This document shows, one piece after another, positions 8,545 to 17,039 of a DNA stretch of 19,450 bases (positions are counted from its first letter, which is position 1; every line of letters starts with the position of its first letter). A model generated the notes under the pieces. The model searched no databases and was not told the origin of the DNA. It saw nothing but the letters and a program-made list of their open reading frames with translations. The translations under genes were made by a program, and so were the position numbers. The DNA is from Calditrichia bacterium (lineage in GTDB: Bacteria; Calditrichota; Calditrichia; RBG-13-44-9): positions 1 through 19,450 of the forward strand of contig JARRQT010000070.1 in NCBI GenBank assembly GCA_037381445.1. The letters run 5' to 3'.

Positions 8545-10173
8545 TCATTCCGAATCTTTCCAGCTTGAGGGTCCGTCGGGAATTGTGATGGCAGGGTGCG
8601 CCTTAAATTTGTTCCATTCCTGGGCATGAACAGGATTCTGCCAAACAGGATTTTCCCAGTCACCATATGGAGGATAATCCACGTAAATAGCGTTTGTAAT
8701 GGCATACATGGGCCATTTCCCGAAAGCTTCCGCCACGATCCAACTGTCTTTCATTATTTTTAAAGGTACATCAGTTTTAAAAGTCAGGTCAGTCCCGGTT
8801 GCCAGCCTCTTCACAATTTGTCCATTTATTATTATCCGGAGGCCGTCGTCGGTTTTAAGTAATGGCTGATTTGCCAGTACTTCGCATTTCAATTTTAAAA
8901 TTCCGTCTTCGCCAACTTTGACAATCTCGCCGGGAGTTTTCTTGCCTGCTTTTATTAAGAGCAGCGGACCAAAACCGGAGGTCAAAAATGACTGCCCGTT
9001 TTTGAGGGATTTTTCCAGGTTTTGCTTATTCAGTTTTCTGCATTGTGTATAAGTCCGCGGATTGCCGATGGTAGTGGTCCAGTAAAATTTTCCTTTGGGA
9101 TATGCCTGTGTTCCGTAAATATCATGACCATCCGAGCCGGCAAGAGCAGGCATGCGGTTCCCGGCATTAAGATATTCGAACCAGGCCTGGACTGCCCAGG
9201 TATTTATATTAATTTTCGAGCTGTCCCAGGTTGAGGTCGTGAGCGAATGCGGCGGATCACCATTCCAGACTTCAATGGCATCAAAATCTTTCACTAGGCC
9301 CCATGATTTGAAACGGCCAGCCCAGTCCCAGCTTTGAAAGGGGTGATTAATAGTAATAATTCCACCCTGCCCATGCGTCGCATCGATCATTCTCTGAACG
9401 TCCTCCTGACCGTCAAAAACAGCCCTTGCCCAGATATTTGCATCGTCCGGATGTGTCCCATTCAAGGCGGTAATGAAGGTCTGGTTCATATGCCCATAGC
9501 CGTTTTCGGCTGCTTTATCCGAAGCCTCGGTTGAGATCTCATTTCCCAGAATGGGAAGAAAATGACCGGATTTTGTGGAATGCCATTCCTCGCCGCCCGA
9601 GATTGAATTGTGGTCGGTCAGAATACCCCAGGAGAGGCCGACTGCCTGCATTGCCTTTGCAAGCGCCGAAGGATATTGGTATCCGTCGCTGTGCAGGGTG
9701 TGGGAATGAGGATCGCCGCCGTACCATCCGAGTTTTTTGAGATTATATAGCTGTTTCAGCCTGACATTATATTGCAGCCCGTCAAATTGATTCCTGCCAA
9801 TAACGAATACTTTATGAATCAGCTCCCATTCGGGACCGTGGGTAATAATCAGCAGAAGGGTATCAGCCGGCACTTCCACATCATAGAATCCGTTTTCATT
9901 GGAATAGGTCATCGCAATCAGGTTATCGGTACGTCCAGTTGATTTCTGGGGACCGAAGGCCGGAACGACGTCCGTGATCGGTTCGTACCAAACCTGGACC
10001 TGTGCCACAAGAGGATGTCCCTGACCATCCAAAATTCTTCCATGGATCGTCTGCCGGGACGATTTGGGGATATTTACCGCAGCATCAGCAAAGGATATTA
10101 TTCCGCTGAAAGAAACTGCGAGTAAGGCGAACAATATCAGGTATGCAGATTTTTTAAGTATTGACTTTTTCAT
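8545..10173 (-). CDS. exported PHP-domain metallohydrolase (CehA/McbA-like)
   Basis: Sec-type signal peptide ending ADA; N-terminal beta domain; PHP motifs GDPHSHTLHSDG, LTDHN, GNEIST, GHMN, NHP, IEVWNG and GSDGH. Confidence 0.8.
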   Translation of the reverse strand: MKKSILKKSAYLILFALLAVSFSGIISFADAAVNIPKSSRQTIHGRILDGQGHPLVAQVQVWYEPITDVVPAFGPQKSTGRTDNLIAMTYSNENGFYDVEVPADTLLLIITHGPEWELIHKVFVIGRNQFDGLQYNVRLKQLYNLKKLGWYGGDPHSHTLHSDGYQYPSALAKAMQAVGLSWGILTDHNSISGGEEWHSTKSGHFLPILGNEISTEASDKAAENGYGHMNQTFITALNGTHPDDANIWARAVFDGQEDVQRMIDATHGQGGIITINHPFQSWDWAGRFKSWGLVKDFDAIEVWNGDPPHSLTTSTWDSSKININTWAVQAWFEYLNAGNRMPALAGSDGHDIYGTQAYPKGKFYWTTTIGNPRTYTQCRKLNKQNLEKSLKNGQSFLTSGFGPLLLIKAGKKTPGEIVKVGEDGILKLKCEVLANQPLLKTDDGLRIIINGQIVKRLATGTDLTFKTDVPLKIMKDSWIVAEAFGKWPMYAITNAIYVDYPPYGDWENPVWQNPVHAQEWNKFKAHPAITIPDGPSSWKDSE

Positions 10174-10204
10174 AGTTAGATTAATCCAGAATTTATTCCT
10201 GTGA

Positions 10205-11239
10205 TTATTTTAAAATTTCCATCCCGGCAAGCACGCGTTCCGCCAGGCGGGAAACGTGATCGTTAAGGTGAAGGTTGTTGATCGCCTCAATTTTCTCCAG
10301 GAATTCCAGGGGGAAATTGCCTGCTCCACTATACGCACCGGCAATTCCGCCGGCAATCGCCCCGACAGTATCGCAATCACCGCCCATATTTGTGGCCGCC
10401 TCAATTGTTCGAACCGGATCGCCGCCGTAATAGACAACCAGCGCCAATGCGGTTGGAACGGCTTCTGTAATTGCCACGCCGGCTCCGATATAATTGTATA
10501 AATCCTGCCAGATTGTTTCTTCTCTTTTGCCGCTGCGAGCAATATCCAATGCCCATTCGGTTCTGTGTGTCAGGGAAGCGCCGAACCATTTTTTATCATA
10601 TGCCATGCCTTCTTTGATTCCATAGAAGAAGGCCTCTATCAATTCGTCAAGCGAGGCGCCTGCCATTCCGGCTGAAACCGCGCACGCCACCGCCGAGGCT
10701 CCTGCGATCGCAATATTTGTGTTGTGGGTCGGAACGCACACTTCAATTACATCTTTTAATGTTCTCTGCAGGTTGCCGGGATTAATGACACCGATGGGAG
10801 CGATTCTCATGGCGGCCCCGTTCGTGTCGCCAAGATATCCCGCTTCATCCACCGGGACTCCCTCACGAATCATTTTTAATGCCCTGAGCGAGCTGGGACC
10901 AAGAATTAGCGAGTCGAAGGCGTTCAGGCTTTCTCCCCATTCGATCAACTTGCGGGCCACACCATCTCTGCTGATTCGTCCCTCTTCCAGGAAAAGCTTT
11001 ACCAAAATCATGGCCTGCTGAGTGTCATCTGTTATCTGCCCGGCTACCATCCCGTTGTGTATGACATGACCCTCGGGAGCGGGTAAAAAGGATGTGATTC
11101 TTTCAGGAAAAATATTTCTGATTTCATCCGGGCTCAACATAGATGTTGGCATTCCCATTGCGTCTCCGCAAGCGACACCCAAAAGGCATCCCAGCGCATG
11201 TTCTTTATACTTTTCAATATCCAGATTCTGCAACTTCAT
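10205..11239 (-). CDS. ADP-ribosylglycohydrolase family protein, YegU-like
   Basis: GDAMGMP, TDDT, LGPSS, TNGAAMR, PTH and GGDCDT. Start moved to ATG 11239, which has a GGAG RBS and follows the ecfT stop by 1 nt. Confidence 0.88.
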   Translation of the reverse strand: MKLQNLDIEKYKEHALGCLLGVACGDAMGMPTSMLSPDEIRNIFPERITSFLPAPEGHVIHNGMVAGQITDDTQQAMILVKLFLEEGRISRDGVARKLIEWGESLNAFDSLILGPSSLRALKMIREGVPVDEAGYLGDTNGAAMRIAPIGVINPGNLQRTLKDVIEVCVPTHNTNIAIAGASAVACAVSAGMAGASLDELIEAFFYGIKEGMAYDKKWFGASLTHRTEWALDIARSGKREETIWQDLYNYIGAGVAITEAVPTALALVVYYGGDPVRTIEAATNMGGDCDTVGAIAGGIAGAYSGAGNFPLEFLEKIEAINNLHLNDHVSRLAERVLAGMEILK

Positions 11240-11240
11240 T

Positions 11241-12047
11241 TTATAAAACTCCATAGTTTAGTGTTTTTGCCCAAATCGCAATTGCCAAAATCACGACTTC
11301 GAATACTATCATCCAATAATCTTTTTTATTCATCTTAATTTCAACCAGATCGGTTGTGGTGTCCATGGCTCCAAAACCTCTGTTCAGCATGGATATTGCG
11401 AGGTTGTCTGACATACGTATTGAATCTACAATTACAGGGATCAGCACCGGAATAAAAGAGCGGATCCGCTTTATCATCCCACCGGAGTTAAACTCATGGC
11501 CGCGCGCTCTCTGAGCATCCATAACCATCCTTGTTTTCTTCTCCATAGTTGGTATAAAACGAATGCCGGTGGCGATAACAAATGCCAGTTGATGCGGGAG
11601 CCTCATTTTCTTTAAAAACTGCAAAATATCTTCGATGGGGGTCGTGTAGGTGATGACTGTTGACAATAGAACCATAATCAGAATCCGAAGGAGAAGCGTA
11701 ATCCCATAAAAGAAACCGCCGGACGTGAATTCAATTTTATTTGAGAATAGCTTAAACCAAACATGGTGCATGGTGGGCGATTTAAAATTGGAGGTGGAAT
11801 AGGAAAAACCCGTGAGCACTATCATGATAAGGAAGATAGGAAGCAGCGGCTTTATTAATTTGATAACATTATCCATTGGCGTTTTGGAACTCCATAAGAG
11901 AAGCAGGCAAAAGACCACCAGCAATGAATTGATAAGCGGAGAGGTAAACATGAAAGCAGTTGCAGTAATAACAATGAAACCCAGTAATTTTGTTCTCACA
12001 TCCAGCTTATGAAGAAGAGTCATGCCGGGAAAATATTCAATAAACAC
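11241..12047 (-). CDS. ecfT: ECF transporter transmembrane T component
   Basis: LHKLDVRTKL N-terminus, RFIP, and the two conserved Arg motifs AQRARG and MLNRGF; GTG start with AAGGAG. Confidence 0.9.
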   Translation of the reverse strand: MFIEYFPGMTLLHKLDVRTKLLGFIVITATAFMFTSPLINSLLVVFCLLLLWSSKTPMDNVIKLIKPLLPIFLIMIVLTGFSYSTSNFKSPTMHHVWFKLFSNKIEFTSGGFFYGITLLLRILIMVLLSTVITYTTPIEDILQFLKKMRLPHQLAFVIATGIRFIPTMEKKTRMVMDAQRARGHEFNSGGMIKRIRSFIPVLIPVIVDSIRMSDNLAISMLNRGFGAMDTTTDLVEIKMNKKDYWMIVFEVVILAIAIWAKTLNYGVL

Positions 12048-12056
12048 TTGGGCTCC

Positions 12057-13808
12057 TTAATTGGCAATCTTGCTAAAGTATTGAACGATTTCATAAATAG
12101 TCACAATTCCCCCGGGCATTCCATAGGGCTGTAGCTGATGGGCCAACACAGCGCTCAGGGGAGGGGAGACAGAACATGCTTTCAATTTATCTATTTGACT
12201 GAAGACCCGGGAAGGAATACCGTCCAGTTCAATTTGCCCATTTGAAAAGACTATTACCCGATCCGCATATTCCGCTGCGATTCTCATATCGTGGGTAATT
12301 ATGAGAATGGTATGTTGCTTCTGATGAAGCTGGCGGATCATTTTCATCATCTGCTGGGTGCCTGACCAATCCTGTCCGGTGGTCGGCTCATCAATCACAA
12401 GAATTTGGGGTTCCATCGCCAGAACCGTCGCCACGGCCAGTTTCTGCCGTTCGCCTTTTCCCAGCGTGAATGGATGTCTTTTTTCAAAACCCGTCAGACC
12501 GACAAACTCTATGGCGTCTGCAACTCTTTTCCTTTTCTCTTCCTCAGAAATATTGTAGGAGCGAAGACCATACTCGATTTCTTCCCGGACCGAAGAGCTG
12601 AATATCTGGTGGTCAGGATTCTGAAAGACATAACCCACCGATTTACTCAATTCTCCGATAGACAAACCCGCAATGTTTTTTCCGTATATTTTAATTTCAC
12701 CCGAGGTTGGCCGGAGCAATCCATTGAGATGTTTGGAAAAAGTTGTTTTGCCGGCGCCATTTTTTCCTATCAGTGCGACGAATTCGCCTTCATAAATTTC
12801 CAGGTTTAATCCCTTCAGCGCCGGGTGCTTTTTTCCATAGGAATAATGCAGCGAAGAGATTTCGATGACCGGCTTTCTGTCTTGTTTCAAAGGACTTTTT
12901 GGTTCTTCCTGATCGACCGGCGTTTTGGCTTTTAGTATCTCGGAAAGTCTCCGCCGGGCATCATCAAGGGTCAGCGGGATGTCTTCCTTTTTAAAAATTC
13001 CAATTTTCGACAGCTCATGTCCGATTTCGGCGATTTCCGGCGGCCGGATGCCTAATTTTTTTGTAAGCGGTATATCTTTGAATAACCTGTCAGGCGCACC
13101 TTGCCAGGCAATCCCGCCATTGTTCAGAACAATCAATTTTCGCACGAATTGAAGGATCTCTTCGCTGTCGTGGGCAGATACCAATACGGTGACATTCCGG
13201 GTTTGTTTTAATTCCGCCAGTAATTTGAATATTCCCAGCCGTCCTTCCGGGTCAAGCTCGGAAGTCGGCTCATCCAGCACCAATATCTCCGGCTGCATGG
13301 CCAGAACGCCGGCAATTGCCAGCCGCTGTTTTTCTCCGCCGGACAGTTCGGCGGTTAAGCGCTTTTCGTAGCCGGCCAGACCAACTGACTTCAGGGTATC
13401 GGAAATGCTTTTCTGTATTTTTTCTTTGTCATATTTTAGATTTGAAGGTCCAAAGGCAACATCTTTTTCGACAGTGATTCCAAATATCTGCGTTTCGGGA
13501 TCCTGGAGCACCAGTCCGATAAAACTGGATAGCGTCTGAATCCGGTACCGTTTGGTATCCATGCTATTGGCAATCACATTCCCTTCCAGGTTGCCTTCCA
13601 GAAAATGCGGAATCAGACCATTTGTCAACATCAGGGAAGTGGTTTTTCCGGCGCCTGTCGGCCCCATCAGACCTACAATATCACCTTTTTCGATAAAAAA
13701 GTGTAAGCTTGTTAGGGTGTCAGCTTGACTTTGGGGATAGTTGTATTTCTCCACATCAAATAATACAGTTCCTCTTTCAAAGCTGGTTTTTACTTCTTTG
13801 CTTGCCAT
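12057..13808 (-). CDS. ECF transporter fused double ATPase (EcfA-A')
   Basis: Two ABC domains: GPTGAGKT, QDPETQ, LSGGEKQR, LDEPT and GKNGAGKT, QNPDHQ, LGKGERQK, IDEPT. Confidence 0.92.
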   Translation of the reverse strand: MASKEVKTSFERGTVLFDVEKYNYPQSQADTLTSLHFFIEKGDIVGLMGPTGAGKTTSLMLTNGLIPHFLEGNLEGNVIANSMDTKRYRIQTLSSFIGLVLQDPETQIFGITVEKDVAFGPSNLKYDKEKIQKSISDTLKSVGLAGYEKRLTAELSGGEKQRLAIAGVLAMQPEILVLDEPTSELDPEGRLGIFKLLAELKQTRNVTVLVSAHDSEEILQFVRKLIVLNNGGIAWQGAPDRLFKDIPLTKKLGIRPPEIAEIGHELSKIGIFKKEDIPLTLDDARRRLSEILKAKTPVDQEEPKSPLKQDRKPVIEISSLHYSYGKKHPALKGLNLEIYEGEFVALIGKNGAGKTTFSKHLNGLLRPTSGEIKIYGKNIAGLSIGELSKSVGYVFQNPDHQIFSSSVREEIEYGLRSYNISEEEKRKRVADAIEFVGLTGFEKRHPFTLGKGERQKLAVATVLAMEPQILVIDEPTTGQDWSGTQQMMKMIRQLHQKQHTILIITHDMRIAAEYADRVIVFSNGQIELDGIPSRVFSQIDKLKACSVSPPLSAVLAHQLQPYGMPGGIVTIYEIVQYFSKIAN

Positions 13809-14605
13809 AAACTTCCAATATTTTTAACAGGTTGCTGAATTGCCTGCCTGACCAGGTCTATTTTTTCTGCGGGCAGGGAGACGAGAAAGCAGGTAGATGG
13901 GCCCGCCGATTTTTTCAGATCGACTGCCGGAGGATCCTCGATGCGCGAACTCAAACCGGCACTTTGGGCCAGTTGATCCAGTTCATATCCAATTCCCTTC
14001 GAACCGACCGGCAGGATGTCATGAATGCCTTCTATCGATCTTACCGTTTTCACTGCCTTTAAATCGGCTATCTCGGGATCAGCATAATGTATCTTATCCG
14101 TCATTCCTGATTTGGGTATTCCCACGCAAATAACCGTATCGCCTGGCAGGGAACTTCCGGGCCGAAAATCATTTTTTGAAACCAGTCCGATTGCCACAAC
14201 TCCCATACCGGTCTGAATGGTTGGTATATTGTCTTCGGTGCTTCCGGTGACCACTGCGCTGCCGTCCAGCCCCGCCTCGGCGACCTCTTCCCGAACGCCT
14301 CGAATTATGTCCCTGCCGGTAGGCTCCATTTCCACCGCCAGCACATCCACGATAAAAAGCGGCAGGGCGCCGGAGGCCAGCATTTCCAGCATCGGAACAC
14401 GAACGGCCAGACGTCCCAGTTCATAGCCGCTGATCCGCACGTTGTCAGAGGGCTTTGGTCCTATGCCTCCATCCGAATCGCTGGCAACCACCAGCATCAG
14501 ATTGTTGTCCAATTCTGTGATTAACAGATCCCGGACCGGCCTGACTTTAAAAGCCGGACTATTTTTATTGTTCTTAAACTGGTTATAGAGCGTTATTAAA
14601 TCCAT
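13790..14605 (-). CDS. cblS: alpha-ribazole kinase-like protein (PurM/AIR-synthase-related fold)
   Basis: VRDL, SDS.GGIG.K..D, RV..LEMLASGA, EMEPTG, GSTEDN..IQT, LPVGSKGI.YE and KSAGP, as I recall them from Firmicute CblS. ATG 14605 follows the cblT stop by 1 nt. Confidence 0.78.
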   Translation of the reverse strand: MDLITLYNQFKNNKNSPAFKVRPVRDLLITELDNNLMLVVASDSDGGIGPKPSDNVRISGYELGRLAVRVPMLEMLASGALPLFIVDVLAVEMEPTGRDIIRGVREEVAEAGLDGSAVVTGSTEDNIPTIQTGMGVVAIGLVSKNDFRPGSSLPGDTVICVGIPKSGMTDKIHYADPEIADLKAVKTVRSIEGIHDILPVGSKGIGYELDQLAQSAGLSSRIEDPPAVDLKKSAGPSTCFLVSLPAEKIDLVRQAIQQPVKNIGSLWQAKK

Positions 14606-14606
14606 A

Positions 14607-15146
14607 TTAATTCTGTTCAATCAGCGTGCTTCTTTTTACAATCAGGAAGGCGACTACCGCCACTCCGACATTTATCATCGAACCCACTGTTAGGGGGAGA
14701 ATAAGCGCAGCCATCAATCCTATTCCTCCGATGGGAATTACCAGCAGGGATGAGACGGGACCATTGAGCAGGACAGCCACGGCAATCCCAATCCATAAAT
14801 GAATCTTTCGGGAAATCCAGTAAAATAGCGAAACCCAGACTGCCATTTGCACGGCAATGAAAAGATGCATTGGCAAACCAAGCGGAAAACCGGTGGTGAG
14901 TGCGGTAAGCAGATGGCCCAGTGCGGCAACGATGCTGCCCTCCCGCCAGCCGAAGGTTATTGCCGCAAAGTAGGCGAAGGCAGCATCCAGCGCCACTGTG
15001 CCGGTGGGACTTGGGACTTTTATCATTGCCCCTACCGCGCTCAGGGCAATAAAAATTGCCATCCTGGCAACTCTTTTGGGTTCCCAGAATATCTTGCTTT
15101 CCCCGATATTCAACTCTTCTTTCGGTATGGGTAAATCTGCGGGCAC
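14607..15146 (-). CDS. cblT: ECF S component, alpha-ribazole transporter-like
   Basis: 179 aa with about six hydrophobic segments; GAMIK..GTVALDAA, GHLLTALTTGFPLGLPMH and NGP.S. Directly upstream of the cblS-like gene. Confidence 0.78.
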   Translation of the reverse strand: MPADLPIPKEELNIGESKIFWEPKRVARMAIFIALSAVGAMIKVPSPTGTVALDAAFAYFAAITFGWREGSIVAALGHLLTALTTGFPLGLPMHLFIAVQMAVWVSLFYWISRKIHLWIGIAVAVLLNGPVSSLLVIPIGGIGLMAALILPLTVGSMINVGVAVVAFLIVKRSTLIEQN

Positions 15147-15157
15147 TGCTTGCTTTC

Positions 15158-15925
15158 CTAACTTGTCCGTTTGTAACTGTTGAGTTTAATGGCCATCCTC
15201 TCTCCAATCTCACTGTAAAACTGGCATCTTTCCCCAGGCATATAAGACCTAACCAATTCGATCATTGTTCCGCGGTCAGAAAAAGTTTTGCGGGAGAGGA
15301 TAAAAATAGCCGAATTCTTGCCGACCTTCAGAAGCTCGGCTTCATACTTTCCTGCAATCGCACACTCCAAAGTCTCATCCACGTGGCTGAGGTTAATACC
15401 AAACTCTTTTTCAAGTATGTCAAAAAGAGAACTGTTTTCGAGATCATAGTCCAGAAGGGTCGGAAAGAGCTTCTTTGGTAAATAAGAGGTTTGCAGGGCA
15501 ATGGGCTCCATGTTTACTTCACGTACTCTTTGAATCCGGAATAATGCTTCATTCTGAGCAATCTTGAAATATCTAGTCAGTTCACTCGAAGCAGTAACGA
15601 CTTCAGCGGATATCACGCGTGTCTTTACTTCCATGTCTGTTTGCGATAAACCTGCGGAAAAGCTAAGTTTTTCGGTTAAACCATGAAAGACTTTCTTTTT
15701 CGCAACAAAAGTGCCCTTGCCCTGCAACCTATATAAAATACCTTCATTTACGAGACTGGCGATTGCCTGTTTTGCCGTATTTCTGCTGACCTGATGGGTT
15801 CTTGACAATTCGTTTTCGGATGGCACCTGCTGGGAAGGCAAAAATTCACCCAGTTCGATCTTTTCCAGCAGAAGCTCCTTTAATTGATAGTAGAGCGGCA
15901 AAACACTGGTCTTATCAATTCCCAT
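15158..15925 (-). CDS. GntR-family transcription regulator, HutC/UTRA subfamily
   Basis: PLYYQL, PSENEL, VSRNT, GKGTFV winged HTH followed by a UTRA-type domain (R.R...EPI....SYLP, SLF..LE). Confidence 0.92.
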   Translation of the reverse strand: MGIDKTSVLPLYYQLKELLLEKIELGEFLPSQQVPSENELSRTHQVSRNTAKQAIASLVNEGILYRLQGKGTFVAKKKVFHGLTEKLSFSAGLSQTDMEVKTRVISAEVVTASSELTRYFKIAQNEALFRIQRVREVNMEPIALQTSYLPKKLFPTLLDYDLENSSLFDILEKEFGINLSHVDETLECAIAGKYEAELLKVGKNSAIFILSRKTFSDRGTMIELVRSYMPGERCQFYSEIGERMAIKLNSYKRTS

Positions 15926-15943
15926 AACCTACTCCATATATCT

Positions 15944-15955
15944 TATTATATAACA
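15944..15955. promoter_or_regulatory. candidate GntR/HutC operator overlapping a TATAAT
   Basis: Minus strand TGTTATATAATA is one mismatch from the palindrome TGTTATATAACA and lies 18 nt upstream of the regulator ATG. Confidence 0.4.
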
Positions 15956-15959
15956 CTTT

Positions 15960-16869
15960 TTAATTTGTTAATCCGCATAATTCATAAGGCGTATTCCAGG
16001 GCATAACAGATGAAAAAACGTCTTTCATCTCCTCCGGAACAACCTTCATTTTCAGCAGCGCCTTGTTTCCCCTGGCATGAATTGTCTTCCCGATCAGATC
16101 CGCTGCAACAGGAATTTTAGGTCCTGCCTGTTTTGTTTTGGCTGAGTCGATGTACCACACCCTGCCGTTTTTAATTGCATTCACTTTATCGGCATTGGGG
16201 CGCGAAGCGATTTCATAGGGAGTCGTTGTGCCGTTTCCGCGTTCCGGACCTTCAAAATACGGGCCGCCCGCATGATCCCATAACGGGAGCATTATCACAT
16301 CTGGATTTACCTGAACCACTTCCTCCCACGTGACGGCAGGCGCTATTCCGGGACGTTTCGAGAAAATAGGATCTCCGCCAACCATTTTTATGAGCTCGGT
16401 AATGTATGAATCATTTCCCGGGACGCATTTATAGAAGTAATTAATTTCATAATATACTTTGACCCGGGGCATATTGGCATATTTTTGTTTTACCTGCTCC
16501 AGACGGGTTTGAATGAAATTTACCAGGCTGTCTGCCCGGTTGGACGTGCCAATAACCTGGCCCAACTCTTTTATTTTGGAATACACCTCTTCCAAACTGC
16601 TTTCATCCATGTGCACAATGGTTATGTTTTTGTTTTTCGATCACAGTAAGATCACCATTTTTAACCATCTTGGGGACCGTATCGGGGAAAATGCAATAGC
16701 GGGTTACGCCCACCAGGTCATTCAAGGCACCCAGTTCGGCAACGATATTCGTCCAGTTAGGGGCCAGCGACACTATCCTGGGGCCTGCAAAGGCATTGAA
16801 AGAAAAAAATAACGTCAGGATAATGGAAATCAGAAGGTGTTTTCGGTGGGTCAGGTTTAAAGATTTCAT
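15960..16869 (-). pseudogene. BtuF/TroA-like (cobalamin or Fe-siderophore) periplasmic binding protein, split by a frameshifting deletion
   Basis: 5' part: signal peptide, RIVSLAP, LVGVTRYC.FP. 3' part in another frame: KNITIVHMDESSLEEVY, GNDSYITELI..VGG, WEEVVQVNPDVI, AIKNGRV, GP. Junction at 16638; the first PDL-type loop is missing. Confidence 0.75.
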
Positions 16870-16910
16870 ATTCAGCTCCCTTATTCAAGAAATTATTTGA
16901 GCCAGCGGTG

Positions 16911-16950
16911 AAACAAAATTTGTTGGGTTGTACCATCAACCCATCAACAA
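16911..16950 (-). other. hairpin with U-rich tail in the btuF leader
   Basis: Minus strand reads TTGTTGATGGGTTG-ATGGTA-CAACCCAACAA then ATTTTGTTT. Confidence 0.35.
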
Positions 16951-17039
16951 TATACCCGGAGAAGAAAATAAATTTCTGGTTATGAAATTTACTGCCCGAA
17001 AAAACAACTTTCTTTTGGGCCAAGGCTATCCGCCCGTAA

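Noticed and set aside
16625..16641. Programmed ribosomal frameshift at the A-rich btuF junction
   Set aside because: A shift would restore the frame, but the product would still lack a conserved block, so deletion is the simpler explanation.
395..16812. Many short plus-strand and alternate-frame ORFs, including the 198-aa ORF at 14617-15213
   Set aside because: They overlap well-supported genes and have no family motifs, so they are shadow ORFs.
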